From sequence record OP380604.1: a DNA stretch of 64,000 bases. The stretch is one strand, 5' to 3'. The notes below the pieces were generated by a model. That model saw only the letters and a list, made by a program, of their open reading frames with translations, was not told where the DNA came from and ran no database searches. Numbering within the stretch: the first letter of the stretch is position 1; each line of letters opens with the position of its first letter. This document shows, one piece after another, positions 32,579 to 42,042 of this stretch. Position numbers and translations under genes: made by a program.

Positions 32579-32936
32579 TTTTGCCGACAAGTTCACAAGG
32601 CTGACTCGCGAACTGGCTTTCGAGTTGAAAGAAATGAACCTTATGCGTTGTGGCGCTGTAGACTTCGAAGAATTCGATGTTCAGTATCAAAAAGTGGTAG
32701 AGAAGTTCAACGAGATTCGCGAACTTCTACGGACTCTTCCGTGTCCTGATAATAACCAGTCTCTTACTACTTATCTAACTGGTATTAGTCAATATCTAGG
32801 TACTTATATACGTTGTGCCAAAAACAAAAATGGGTTCTATCAATACTTTGATAACATGGAAGACCCATATGAGCGTAGTATCCATTTATTCACTGAAATG
32901 GTCCGTTCTGCTGGTCGAAACTCAAAAGATTATTAA
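32568..32936 (+). CDS. Hypothetical protein
   Basis: 122 aa. Confidence 0.7.
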   Translation: MKSDFADKFTRLTRELAFELKEMNLMRCGAVDFEEFDVQYQKVVEKFNEIRELLRTLPCPDNNQSLTTYLTGISQYLGTYIRCAKNKNGFYQYFDNMEDPYERSIHLFTEMVRSAGRNSKDY

Positions 32937-32948
32937 TAAGGAAACAAG

Positions 32949-33401
32949 ATGAAAAAGTTTATGTCTGTTGTTGTTATTGCTCTTGCTGCTCTGTCCACAG
33001 GTTGTTCCCAACGTGTTGCTGATCTTACCGTAGCGTCTACCAAGAATATCAATCTTGATAACGGTAAGTTCGAATATGGAAATCGAGTAACTGGCACGGA
33101 TCAACGCGGTATTCTGTTTGGTATTCCTGTTGGTATTCCGGAAGTTAAGACTGCCGCTGATCGCGCAATTGAACAAGATCGATGCGCTGTTGGTCTAAAG
33201 GATGTCGTGGTTGATTATTCTTTCTTTAGCTTTTTCTTTGGCTTCATGCAATATGACGTAACCGGTAACTTGATTATCGATAAAAACGTTCCTGGTTGCA
33301 CCGAGTGGAAATATAAAGCACCTGACTTTGTAGAAGAGAAAAAGCAGGTTTACTCTCCGATTGGCAATCGTCACCGCTCCGGTGGAGATCTCGACGTTTA
33401 A
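32949..33401 (+). CDS. Putative lipoprotein
   Basis: ALSTGC lipobox. Confidence 0.75.
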   Translation: MKKFMSVVVIALAALSTGCSQRVADLTVASTKNINLDNGKFEYGNRVTGTDQRGILFGIPVGIPEVKTAADRAIEQDRCAVGLKDVVVDYSFFSFFFGFMQYDVTGNLIIDKNVPGCTEWKYKAPDFVEEKKQVYSPIGNRHRSGGDLDV

Positions 33402-33416
33402 AAAATCAAAAAGTAG

Positions 33417-33444
33417 TTGACCTTAGGTGTGGACATGTTATCAT
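33417..33444 (+). promoter_or_regulatory. Early promoter with perfect 10-bp inverted repeat across -10
   Basis: TTGACC-N16-TATCAT; TGTGGACATG-TTAT-CATGTCCACA. Confidence 0.8.
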
Positions 33445-33479
33445 GTCCACATCAAGACGAAACAACTGAGGAAAACATT

Positions 33480-33902
33480 ATGCTGCACTTCAATCTGGAC
33501 ACCAAAGTAATCTACCGCGACATTAAAGAAGCAATGGCCGCTCGTGAAGCAGATCGTACACATTACATCGTTTCACGCTGGGACTTCAAATCACTGGAGA
33601 ATGCCCAAGCTGTTGTCGATGAATTCGGAGGTCAAGGCCTTCTGGCTATCGACAAAGGCGAATGGGCAAGCCCTAGATTTGATGTAATCGAAATGCCGAA
33701 GGTAGGTGATGATGTCAGCATGACTTTCAACGGTGATTACTACCCGTGTGGTACCATCGTGAAAATCTCCGATAGTCTGAAAACTATCAAGACTTCAACT
33801 GGTCGTGTATTCTGGCGCAAAAAGTTGACTGGTCAGTGGTTGTACTCCAAGACGTTTACTCTTGTTGCTGGTATTCGCAGTGATATGAACCTAGAGTTCT
33901 AA
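33480..33902 (+). CDS. Hypothetical protein
   Basis: TGAGG RBS, ATG 33480. Confidence 0.75.
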   Translation: MLHFNLDTKVIYRDIKEAMAAREADRTHYIVSRWDFKSLENAQAVVDEFGGQGLLAIDKGEWASPRFDVIEMPKVGDDVSMTFNGDYYPCGTIVKISDSLKTIKTSTGRVFWRKKLTGQWLYSKTFTLVAGIRSDMNLEF

Positions 33903-33908
33903 AAAAGC

Positions 33909-33937
33909 TTGTAATCCAAATCGGTGCGATCTATAAT
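33909..33937 (+). promoter_or_regulatory. Early promoter with inverted repeat around -10
   Basis: TTGTAA-N17-TATAAT; arms GTGCGA/TCGCAC. Confidence 0.7.
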
Positions 33938-33970
33938 GTTCGCACTTTCAAATCAACTGAGGAATATACG

Positions 33971-34894
33971 ATGTACGGTTTTGCGTGTCAAATGGGTGAA
34001 GTTGTAAACGGCGAGTTCAAGCAATACAAAGATACCAAGTTTGGTACCGTTCGTGTCTGTGACATGGACAAACTTGGCGAGCAAGCTGCGATTGTCAAGC
34101 TCCGCGAAAAAGTCATGGCAAATCTTACCGCACTTAGCAATATGGTAAATCGTGTTGCAAAACTGCCGGATAATCAACGTCTGTTGCGCATCACCTCGGA
34201 CCTTTTGCCACTGTACGCGCATCCAAAGTATGCATCATATTATGACAGTTTCCGTGATCGCGTTATTCTTGTTCTTGGTATGATTGGCGACAAAGCAAAA
34301 CAAGCCGGTATTCGTCTGTCTATGCATCCTTCCCAGTATACTATTCTCAATAGTGATCGTCCTGACGTAGTTGACAACGCACTTTTGGATATGGAAATGC
34401 ATACGTTTATTCTCAAGCATTTGCTTGTTCCGAAAGGCGAGGGTATCATTAACATTCATCTTAACGGCAAAACTGACGTTCTTCCTGTTGATCGTATGGA
34501 CGATTGGATGAAATCCTATGTTACATTCGAGAACGACGAAAAAACTGGCAACTTGACCCGTACACTGGAAATTTGTGAACGTTACGGCTTTCCTGTTCTG
34601 CTCGACATTCATCACCACTATTGCAATCGCACCGACGGTGGTGTTCTGTTGACTGCTGATGACCCGTTGGTACAACGTGTTAAAGCTACCTGGAAAGATC
34701 GCCCGCGTCGTCCAAAAATTCATGTATCACAATCACGCGGCACCGAAAACTTCCGTGATATGTGTGCTCATAGCGACATTATCGATGATGCCAACGTTAT
34801 TGCCGCTGTTCGTACTTTCGAGCGAGATTTTGATATCATGGTAGAAGCAAAACACAAAAACGTTGCCAGTTCACGGCTGGCATTTTCTCTGTGA
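33971..34894 (+). CDS. uvsE: UV-damage endonuclease (UvsE/UVDE)
   Basis: LRITSDLLP, RLSMHPSQY, TFENDE, LLDIHHH, PKIHVSQ, AHSD, IMVEAKHK. Confidence 0.9.
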   Translation: MYGFACQMGEVVNGEFKQYKDTKFGTVRVCDMDKLGEQAAIVKLREKVMANLTALSNMVNRVAKLPDNQRLLRITSDLLPLYAHPKYASYYDSFRDRVILVLGMIGDKAKQAGIRLSMHPSQYTILNSDRPDVVDNALLDMEMHTFILKHLLVPKGEGIINIHLNGKTDVLPVDRMDDWMKSYVTFENDEKTGNLTRTLEICERYGFPVLLDIHHHYCNRTDGGVLLTADDPLVQRVKATWKDRPRRPKIHVSQSRGTENFRDMCAHSDIIDDANVIAAVRTFERDFDIMVEAKHKNVASSRLAFSL

Positions 34895-34900
34895 GATAAC

Positions 34901-35170
34901 ATGATCATTCATCAAAACGGCCGGTATTCGATTTGTGATACCGACAAATCAATATCAAGTTTAAACTGGACATTCTGTATTGACGGATTTCCAAAACAAT
35001 CATACGGGACAAAGGATTGTCCTAGTTTGAGTACAGCTATCAAGGACTATCGGAAACATTTAGTCCGAGAAATCGAACATTCAAAGAAAAAAGTTGAATA
35101 TCATGCCAAACGTGATAAGCTGTTAACTCAAGAGTTAAACGAACTGGAGAAGGAACATGACTTTAGCTAA
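34901..35170 (+). CDS. Hypothetical protein
   Basis: 89 aa. Confidence 0.7.
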   Translation: MIIHQNGRYSICDTDKSISSLNWTFCIDGFPKQSYGTKDCPSLSTAIKDYRKHLVREIEHSKKKVEYHAKRDKLLTQELNELEKEHDFS

Positions 35171-35609
35171 ACTGTACGCACTGGTAGCAACCGCTTTCGC
35201 GGAAACTAACGACAAAGGTGGCCGTCCCTATTTCGAACACTGCCTGGCAGTTATGAAGGGTCTGCCAGAGTGCGCCGATGAAGCTACCAAACAAGCCGCA
35301 TTGGCTCATGATATCATTGAAGATATCGAAGGTGGAAGAGATCTGTTGATCTCTAACGGAATGAGCCTAGAAGCTGTTCAACTTGTTCAAAATGTGAGTA
35401 AGATCAAGGGCGAAAGCATGGATTCTTACAAGCAACGAGTCAAGTCCGACATTCGTTCTGTCTACATCAAAATGAGCGATCTCCGACACAATAGCGATAT
35501 AAGACGTTTGAAGGGTGTTGGTCCGAAGGACATTATTCGCGCTATCGAGTATCAGGCTTTTTATCAAGAGCTGAAAGAATACGTTATCAACTATCATAAA
35601 GGTGTTTAA
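35157..35609 (+). CDS. Small HD-domain phosphohydrolase (SpoT/Mesh1-like)
   Basis: DKGGRPYFEHCLAV, AALAHDIIED, IKMSDLRHNSD. Confidence 0.85.
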   Translation: MTLAKLYALVATAFAETNDKGGRPYFEHCLAVMKGLPECADEATKQAALAHDIIEDIEGGRDLLISNGMSLEAVQLVQNVSKIKGESMDSYKQRVKSDIRSVYIKMSDLRHNSDIRRLKGVGPKDIIRAIEYQAFYQELKEYVINYHKGV

Positions 35610-35831
35610 ATGACAATCGTAATTGGCTGGCTTGTATTTCTGATCGTAACTTTGGTATTGGCAAACTCTCGCGGGCGTTCTGTGTTGGGATGGTTAATCA
35701 TCACCATTTTCCTGACCCCACTTTTCTCGATCATTCTGCTGCTGATTCTGCCGAATCTGCGCAAAGAGAAAGAAGAACAAAAACGCCATGACATGCTGAT
35801 GGCAGCGATGTTGGCATCCAAGAAAGACTGA
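35610..35831 (+). CDS. Small membrane protein
   Basis: RGRSVLGWLII two-TM pattern. Confidence 0.7.
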   Translation: MTIVIGWLVFLIVTLVLANSRGRSVLGWLIITIFLTPLFSIILLLILPNLRKEKEEQKRHDMLMAAMLASKKD

Positions 35832-35853
35832 TCCCGCTTCGGCGGGATTTTTT
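35831..35853 (+). terminator. Intrinsic terminator
   Basis: ATCCCGC-TTCG-GCGGGATTTTTT. Confidence 0.85.
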
Positions 35854-35873
35854 ATAAAAGTTTCAGAAAGTGC

Positions 35874-35901
35874 TTGCGCGATAATCCAATCCTGTTATTA
35901 T
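35874..35901 (+). promoter_or_regulatory. Early promoter
   Basis: TTGCGC-N16-TATTAT, leader GTCCACATCGAAAC. Confidence 0.75.
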
Positions 35902-35935
35902 GTCCACATCGAAACAAAACTCTGAGGAAATCATC

Positions 35936-37573
35936 ATGAAAAACGAACTGATCACTAAGCTGAAATCTCTGGGCGAAAACTGCACAAACAAAAGCAAAAA
36001 CGTGTACGCATACTTCTATCCGAACGAAGTACGAAACATGATTCGTGCCGAGCGAAAAATCAAGTTCAAAGTTGGTGAAACCAAGCACGAAGATACCTCA
36101 ATTCGTGTCAAGGGACAAACTAAAAATACCGCAGTTAGCGAAGATTGCGTAGAAGCCTGGAAAATGTCCCTGACTGGTTCTTCCGTCAATACCGATCACC
36201 AACTTCACCTGATGATGGAACACTGTGGTTTTGTTCGCGTGGACCGAAAAGAAAAGAATAGCACCGAGTGGTTCGAAGTCGCTGTTCCCGAAAGCATGGT
36301 AAAAGACGCATTCGACTACAATGTTAGTCCGGAACAAATGAACAAAATTGTTTCCGACTTTATCAGCGTAAAAATGAAGCGTATCGTTTTTCTTATCGAA
36401 AACATGATCGCTCCTGCTCCGGTTGCCAGTGTAAGCGTCATTGAAAAGCCCGTTTACATGAATCACTATGCCATCGAAATGATCGGATTGCGCGATTGGT
36501 ATAACTCCGAAGTTCGGATCAAGGATTTGACTTATGTCGATAGCGCGAAATCCAATCAGCCTTATGTCATGGACTTCGAAACTGCACACAAGATGATCTC
36601 CTATGCGGATCTTTGTAAGTATATGCAGCCGTCTGTCCTTGTTGTCGAAGCTGTGGAGTTTGTTTATACTCTAGTTAAAATGGGATATAATCCAGCAAAG
36701 ATTACTCTGGCAACTTCTTCTGATAAGAAGGCAAAAGAAATGCGTTCTATGTTGGTTGGAGTAATTTCTACAGATGCGATGAAAAACAAAGATAAACTGG
36801 GAGCAAAAATGAAATTTGATGTATGCTTGCAGAATCCTCCTTTTGCGGAAGATCTCAAGTTTGTGAATATAGGCTTAGAAGTGGCAGATCGCGTTGTTGC
36901 TATTCATCCGTGTAGCACAATCACAAACAGAAAGGAAGTTCGTCGTTCTAATGATGCCAAGGCATTTCTAACATATGTTTCCAAATATGACTGCTCATGG
37001 GAATATATCGGATTTGATTGTTTCTCTGCTGATATTTCGTCTCCGGTTGGAATTACCTATATCAATAAGCTCACGAAGTTGGATCGCGTTCGAGTTATTG
37101 CAAAACATGGAAAATACACAGCCGAAACGATAGATCAAGTAAACATGTACGGCGAATGGCTTCTTCCATTTTATAATATCACGTTCGCGGATAGCGTTGA
37201 TGATCATAAGTATATGAATGGAGATAACGAACCGGAATACAAAAATGGAAAATGGTTCGTATGTACTCTATGGAAACGATTTACAAATGCGGTAGTATCG
37301 GATTCAAGACTGACTAACAATAGCTGGTTATCTTGGGAATTTTCTACCAAGGAAGAGGCAGACAATTTCCTATCGTATACCAAAACACTCTTTTTTCGCT
37401 CATGTCTGGCAACGCTGAAAATGAACGGAAATCTACACCGAGGTGAGTTGAAATCCATTCCGTGGCTTGATTTCACCCAGTCTTGGGACGATGAAAAGTT
37501 GTTCAACCATTTTGGCATCACCGAAGAACAAAGAAATTCAATTCCGGTTGATTTTGCTGAATTGGTACGATAA
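35936..37573 (+). CDS. T5orf172/GIY-YIG-like N-terminal domain fused to catalytic and target-recognition half of an amino-DNA MTase (Eco57I-like)
   Basis: VYAYFY..FKVGETK..TEWFEV; KFDVCLQNPPF (36833); C-terminal EEADNFLSYTKT..IPWLDFTQSWDDEKLF..FGIT. Confidence 0.78.
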   Translation: MKNELITKLKSLGENCTNKSKNVYAYFYPNEVRNMIRAERKIKFKVGETKHEDTSIRVKGQTKNTAVSEDCVEAWKMSLTGSSVNTDHQLHLMMEHCGFVRVDRKEKNSTEWFEVAVPESMVKDAFDYNVSPEQMNKIVSDFISVKMKRIVFLIENMIAPAPVASVSVIEKPVYMNHYAIEMIGLRDWYNSEVRIKDLTYVDSAKSNQPYVMDFETAHKMISYADLCKYMQPSVLVVEAVEFVYTLVKMGYNPAKITLATSSDKKAKEMRSMLVGVISTDAMKNKDKLGAKMKFDVCLQNPPFAEDLKFVNIGLEVADRVVAIHPCSTITNRKEVRRSNDAKAFLTYVSKYDCSWEYIGFDCFSADISSPVGITYINKLTKLDRVRVIAKHGKYTAETIDQVNMYGEWLLPFYNITFADSVDDHKYMNGDNEPEYKNGKWFVCTLWKRFTNAVVSDSRLTNNSWLSWEFSTKEEADNFLSYTKTLFFRSCLATLKMNGNLHRGELKSIPWLDFTQSWDDEKLFNHFGITEEQRNSIPVDFAELVR

Positions 37574-37575
37574 TA

Positions 37576-37598
37576 TAAAGGGGCTGCGGCCCTTTTTC
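37576..37598 (+). terminator. Stem-loop/weak terminator between the two MTase halves
   Basis: AAAGGGGC-TGCG-GCCCTTTTT. Confidence 0.6.
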
Positions 37599-37611
37599 TT
37601 TGGAGATAATT

Positions 37612-38112
37612 ATGATAAAAGATGATGCGAGAACGTTTACTGGTCCAATCAGTCGTGATCGACAAAAGAAAACCGACGAAGTTTTTACTCCTATTCATAT
37701 CGTTGATCATATGATTGATATGGTATCGGACGTGGATAATCTCGGCGTTACCATGTTTGAGCCTGCTGCCGGCGACGGTAATTTTGTTGTTAGAGTTATC
37801 GAGCGTAAGATCAAGAAAGCCGGCGTAACTCGGTCCAACGCGATCCAAGCTGTTTCCGATGTTTATGCTTGCGAGTATATGCGAGATAACTGGGAAGCGA
37901 TTATAGCTCGAATTGGAGCGTTATTAGCTGAACTCAATCTAACCAGTGATTGGCAGACAGATGAAATCCGAGATATTGCGCTGAATAACATTGCGTATTG
38001 TAACACAATCGATCACACTGATATCAGCGAGGGTAGAAAGTATCCAGATTGGCTGTTAGAAGCTCGTGGTATAGCAAAGCAAAATTCTTTAGAAAATCTT
38101 TTCGATATTTGA
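37612..38112 (+). CDS. AdoMet-binding half of a split amino-DNA MTase
   Basis: TDEVFTP (motif X), FEPAAGDGNF (motif I), VYACEY, NIAYCNTI; ends SLENLFDI. Confidence 0.8.
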   Translation: MIKDDARTFTGPISRDRQKKTDEVFTPIHIVDHMIDMVSDVDNLGVTMFEPAAGDGNFVVRVIERKIKKAGVTRSNAIQAVSDVYACEYMRDNWEAIIARIGALLAELNLTSDWQTDEIRDIALNNIAYCNTIDHTDISEGRKYPDWLLEARGIAKQNSLENLFDI

Positions 38113-38140
38113 TTGACACTCGTGGACATCCTGATATGAT
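38113..38140 (+). promoter_or_regulatory. Early promoter with perfect 9-bp inverted repeat around -10
   Basis: TTGACA-N16-TATGAT; GTGGACATC/GATGTCCAC. Confidence 0.8.
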
Positions 38141-38262
38141 GTCCACATCAAGACGAAATCGGACAAACAAAATGAAAGTCGCATTCTTTATAATGATGAT
38201 GGGATTTGCAATAGCGTATGCCGAAGCCCTGTCAAGTGCTCTGAATCAACTTAATTGAGGAA

Positions 38263-38460
38263 ATGATTATGAATCTGCAAATCGTGAATGACCAAGTTAT
38301 GATGACTCTGCCGAACGGTGAAATCTCTGTTAGCTCTGCATCTGTTGAACAGGTAATGCAAATGGCCGAGTATGCTAAGGTAAAGTGGTACCAGTTCTGG
38401 CGTCGTCGTCAAACTGTGATTGTGATTCACGGGTCCGAATTCGTCAAATTTAAAATCTAA
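38263..38460 (+). CDS. Hypothetical protein
   Basis: 65 aa, GAGG RBS. Confidence 0.7.
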   Translation: MIMNLQIVNDQVMMTLPNGEISVSSASVEQVMQMAEYAKVKWYQFWRRRQTVIVIHGSEFVKFKI

Positions 38461-38469
38461 GGAGTTATC

Positions 38470-38811
38470 ATGGCAACGTATCGTGTTTCAACTGAGGGCG
38501 ATTGTGAAGGTCGCTCCGTTCGTCAGCTTGGTGTTTATAGCGGAGAGATCAAGCGGATTGTAAGTCTTCTGCTATTGCAGGGAAAGAATCCGTATTACAC
38601 CTATACTTTTCAACCGGTAGAGATCCTCAATGCGGATCATATGAAAGAAGCTAACGGAGTAAAAGTTACCAAATCTTTTGGTGAATCCTATCGGGTTGTT
38701 GTTGACGAAAGCGCAAATCGAGATCATAATCTACTGGAAGAAGTTAAGAAGAGTCTTCGTGGACTTAGTCCTGAACATATTCGAGTTTTGAAGGAGCATT
38801 TGAATGCTTGA
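38470..38811 (+). CDS. Hypothetical protein
   Basis: 113 aa, AGGAG RBS. Confidence 0.75.
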   Translation: MATYRVSTEGDCEGRSVRQLGVYSGEIKRIVSLLLLQGKNPYYTYTFQPVEILNADHMKEANGVKVTKSFGESYRVVVDESANRDHNLLEEVKKSLRGLSPEHIRVLKEHLNA

Positions 38812-38970
38812 TTCTTTTGTGTCAATTGTTCACTGGATTATGGAAAACTGGGCATATATTGCATTGACACTCCTGGGTTTCTGTGTTGGAATAATCATTC
38901 TACTTATCGCCGTGATTGGCACAATCGCTGATATCGGTTCATCTGTAATTAAAAACGTAAGAGGTTAATA

Positions 38971-39474
38971 ATGAGTAAACATCCGTCTATCCCAACCGCT
39001 GTTCGTACCGAGATCAAGAAATTCGCTAATATCGTGTTTCTGTCTATGGTACAACATCGAGCCGTTACTCCGAAGATTCTGATAGATGAACTCGAACGGA
39101 ACAAATCTTTTGTGGATTATCTGCGTCGCAATCGCGGCCTGTTGCAAGTTCCAACCGGTGCTAACGGCAATCAAGTAGACAAGCGCCCGCGTTGGCATGC
39201 TATCATCCGCGATCTGCTGAAATCATCTAGTCCGATTGCGATCAAAATGTATGCTCGCCATAATATTCACCATGACGGCAAAGCATGGGTTAGCAAGAAT
39301 GAAGAGAAGCCTCAAGATCTGAACGACTTCGCGGAAGCAGTCAAGAAAGCAGAAAGCAATCTGCCAGAAAAGACTCAAGAAAAGAAGCCGGAATATACTA
39401 CTCGTATGGTAAGAGATTGCCTTGTTGTGACCGTTCCCGCTGGTATGAAAGTTCTTGTGGAGACTGCAAAATGA
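38971..39474 (+). CDS. Hypothetical protein
   Basis: 167 aa, GAGG RBS. Confidence 0.75.
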   Translation: MSKHPSIPTAVRTEIKKFANIVFLSMVQHRAVTPKILIDELERNKSFVDYLRRNRGLLQVPTGANGNQVDKRPRWHAIIRDLLKSSSPIAIKMYARHNIHHDGKAWVSKNEEKPQDLNDFAEAVKKAESNLPEKTQEKKPEYTTRMVRDCLVVTVPAGMKVLVETAK

Positions 39475-39830
39475 AAACTAAAATGAGCGTAAAAGCTGCC
39501 GTTTCTAAGTTTGCGATTCAAGAGGTAAAAAGTATTCCTTACCTCAAGTTTAGCAACAACGATATTACCGACGAATTGCGTTCCAACTTGGAGTTCAACA
39601 AACACCTGAACATGTTTGATCGCAAGGACGACAAGACCAACGAAACTTCGAAAACTCGCTGGATTGAGACTTGGGAGCGCAATGTCCGAGAAGTGTTCAA
39701 ACAGACGGATGCAAATATCAAGTATATGCTGGAAACTCATGGCATTGTATTTGGTAACTACATTCATAACGGTAAGAAAATCAATTCCTGGCACTATGAT
39801 CCAAAAGTTTTGAAATCTTCCAAAAAGTGA
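39471..39830 (+). CDS. Hypothetical protein
   Basis: GGAG RBS, ATG 39471. Confidence 0.7.
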   Translation: MKTKMSVKAAVSKFAIQEVKSIPYLKFSNNDITDELRSNLEFNKHLNMFDRKDDKTNETSKTRWIETWERNVREVFKQTDANIKYMLETHGIVFGNYIHNGKKINSWHYDPKVLKSSKK

Positions 39831-39858
39831 TTGACTGTGTGGCTTGTTACTGTATAAT
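39831..39858 (+). promoter_or_regulatory. Early promoter with 12-bp inverted repeat across -10
   Basis: TTGACT-N16-TATAAT; TGTGGCTTGTTA/TAATGAGCCACA. Confidence 0.85.
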
Positions 39859-39893
39859 GAGCCACATCAAGACAACAACGAGAGAAAATCATC

Positions 39894-40157
39894 ATGTTTA
39901 ATCCGAATAACATTCGCAACGCTCTGTTTGTTTCTACTAACTCTGGTGCCAAAGCCGCTGTGATTGACTGGACCGGTTGTGGTCGCACCCACGCGCATCA
40001 AGAAGTGGTGATGTTTCTGAAAGAAAACGGCTACACAATCGAGCAAGTTGATAATCATCTGGGTTATCTGACTGTTCGTAAAGACGGTAAAATGTCTTTC
40101 TTTGATTACAACGCTAATCCAAAAGACCGCGAGATTGTTATTCTGGAGGACATGTAA
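39894..40157 (+). CDS. Hypothetical protein
   Basis: 87 aa. Confidence 0.75.
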   Translation: MFNPNNIRNALFVSTNSGAKAAVIDWTGCGRTHAHQEVVMFLKENGYTIEQVDNHLGYLTVRKDGKMSFFDYNANPKDREIVILEDM

Positions 40158-40345
40158 TGAGTATTCGTTTGGCAAAAGATAATACCAAGATCAACGCTAT
40201 TTCAGATCGTGAGCGTATCCTGCGCCGCACGTTCAAGATGTATATCCGCAAGGGTAAGTACGAACAAAGCGAGTTCCACGACTTCTGTAAATTCGCTAAG
40301 GGCAAGTCCGAATACAAACTTCTGTCCGAACTGGGGATTATGTGA
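40157..40345 (+). CDS. Hypothetical protein
   Basis: 62 aa, TAATG coupling. Confidence 0.7.
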   Translation: MSIRLAKDNTKINAISDRERILRRTFKMYIRKGKYEQSEFHDFCKFAKGKSEYKLLSELGIM

Positions 40346-40905
40346 TGCGCCTTAAATCTGAAATGGATGCCAAGCTGTTTAAAAAGTTCACCGGACGCAA
40401 ACCGATTCAAGACGATTTGGAGCGCGTGAACTGTAAACAAGCTGGTAAGATGGGTCATACTCATTGTGGCTGGAATCACCGAGCACACCGTCCGATGTAC
40501 GAAGACAGTCACGAAAACCTGTTTGTTGATCTACAACGGCATTGTGGTGCGTCTGAATATCATGGCAAGTGGATCTACACTTTCAATACTATGTTTCCTC
40601 TGGATGCAGTGATGCATAACATCGAGGAGATCAGGAAATATGCCGCAGTAGTAAAACGTGAAAGCTTTGATTTCTATGCGTATTCTCTGACTAAAGCGCG
40701 TGGTATTGAAGGTGAGTTTGTTGTCGCAACTGCGGAGTTTACCATCGTTGCTGAAGGCGATTGGGAAGCAAAAGAAAAGTTCGATAAAATCGTTGACATA
40801 CTGGTGAAAGCTGATAAACTGGACCTGTATTCAAAGCTGTGTATCGAGAAAGACATGGTAGTGCATCTGAGTCAAGACGCACTCAAAACATTCAAATTTA
40901 TCTGA
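40342..40905 (+). CDS. Hypothetical protein
   Basis: 187 aa; QDDLERVNCKQAGKMGH.HCGW Cys/His motif. Confidence 0.75.
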   Translation: MMRLKSEMDAKLFKKFTGRKPIQDDLERVNCKQAGKMGHTHCGWNHRAHRPMYEDSHENLFVDLQRHCGASEYHGKWIYTFNTMFPLDAVMHNIEEIRKYAAVVKRESFDFYAYSLTKARGIEGEFVVATAEFTIVAEGDWEAKEKFDKIVDILVKADKLDLYSKLCIEKDMVVHLSQDALKTFKFI

Positions 40906-40913
40906 GGTGAAAA

Positions 40914-41336
40914 ATGACTGTAAAAACTTCTTATCGTGGTATGGTACGTGTTAACAACGTAAAATCTAAACATCATGGCGCTGTTGCCAAAATGGAAGAC
41001 TATACTTGGCGAGATGGTGTTTGTTCCGGTGTTCTGCGCATCGACGGCAAACGTGTTTATCTGAGTATCAAGTCGCTGGACGAGATTACCGATACCGAAG
41101 CCAAGCAAATCATGAGTGATATTGGTGTTGGTGTCAAACAAGGTAAACTGACTTCTATTGTTCAGATTACCAAAGCTGACGGTCAAAGCGTGTTTATGAG
41201 TCCGATGACCGACAAGCAGGCTATGGAAGTAGCGCGTGAGCACAAGATCAAGAATCCTACCGAAACCGTTTCTATTTGGAAACTGAGCGGTCACATTGCT
41301 AATCCGCGTATCATCGCCGATTTCGTTACTGCGTAA
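40914..41336 (+). CDS. Hypothetical protein
   Basis: 140 aa, GAGG RBS. Confidence 0.75.
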   Translation: MTVKTSYRGMVRVNNVKSKHHGAVAKMEDYTWRDGVCSGVLRIDGKRVYLSIKSLDEITDTEAKQIMSDIGVGVKQGKLTSIVQITKADGQSVFMSPMTDKQAMEVAREHKIKNPTETVSIWKLSGHIANPRIIADFVTA

Positions 41337-41364
41337 TTTGCTAATGGGCACTTTAATTAGTGTC

Positions 41365-41429
41365 CATTGTCGAAAAAAGTAGTTGACCGACAAAATCATC
41401 CTGTTAATATATCCACATCGAAAACAAAC
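41365..41429 (+). repeat. 65-bp stem-loop/promoter cassette, copy 1 (copy 2 at 41965-42029)
   Basis: 64/65 identical; TTGACC-N16-TAATAT. Confidence 0.9.
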
Positions 41430-41449
41430 CCCAAAATGAGGTAATCAAA

Positions 41450-41932
41450 ATGCAAGTTTCTCCAAAATATAAGAAAGGTACCGTTCTTGTTTGTACCCAC
41501 GGTAAATTCCAGGGTCTAATTGGCGAAGTCGAAACCAGCACGATCACCAACAGCAATACATTCTGCTATAAGATTGTGAACATTCATGCCCGAGTAGTTG
41601 AAAACGGCAAATCCATGTATGTTCCTGTTAAGTTCGTCGGTGCATACAAAAGCTCAAGCGGCAAACCCGCCGAAACACATGTAATTGAAGCCACGAAAGA
41701 AAATGTCGAGCGGTATTCCCATTTCAACGCAAACACAATGCTTCCTTGTGGCGAAAAGGTAGAATATCCTTTTGCTGGAGCTATCTCCAAAACACCAGTC
41801 GAGCCGGTTAATCTCGGTGGCAATAACAGCGTTATTTTTATCACAAAAACTGGAAAAGAGATGGATTTCCTGACTCTGATGGATCGTCTTGCCGATGTCG
41901 GTAGAATTGAAGTTACCGCTGTCATTCGCTAA
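41450..41932 (+). CDS. Hypothetical KOW/SH3-like protein, paralog of 42043-42681
   Basis: KYKKGTVLVCTHGKFQGLIGEV vs KHKVGTLVMVTAGKFAGVFGKV. Confidence 0.75.
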   Translation: MQVSPKYKKGTVLVCTHGKFQGLIGEVETSTITNSNTFCYKIVNIHARVVENGKSMYVPVKFVGAYKSSSGKPAETHVIEATKENVERYSHFNANTMLPCGEKVEYPFAGAISKTPVEPVNLGGNNSVIFITKTGKEMDFLTLMDRLADVGRIEVTAVIR

Positions 41933-41964
41933 AAGATTTGCTAATGTGCGTTAGAAATAGCGCA

Positions 41965-42029
41965 CATTGTCGAAAAAAGTAGTTGACAGACAAAATCATC
42001 CTGTTAATATATCCACATCGAAAACAAAC
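41965..42029 (+). repeat. 65-bp stem-loop/promoter cassette, copy 2
   Basis: TTGACA-N16-TAATAT; 600 bp from copy 1. Confidence 0.9.
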
Positions 42030-42042
42030 TGAGAGATTAAAA

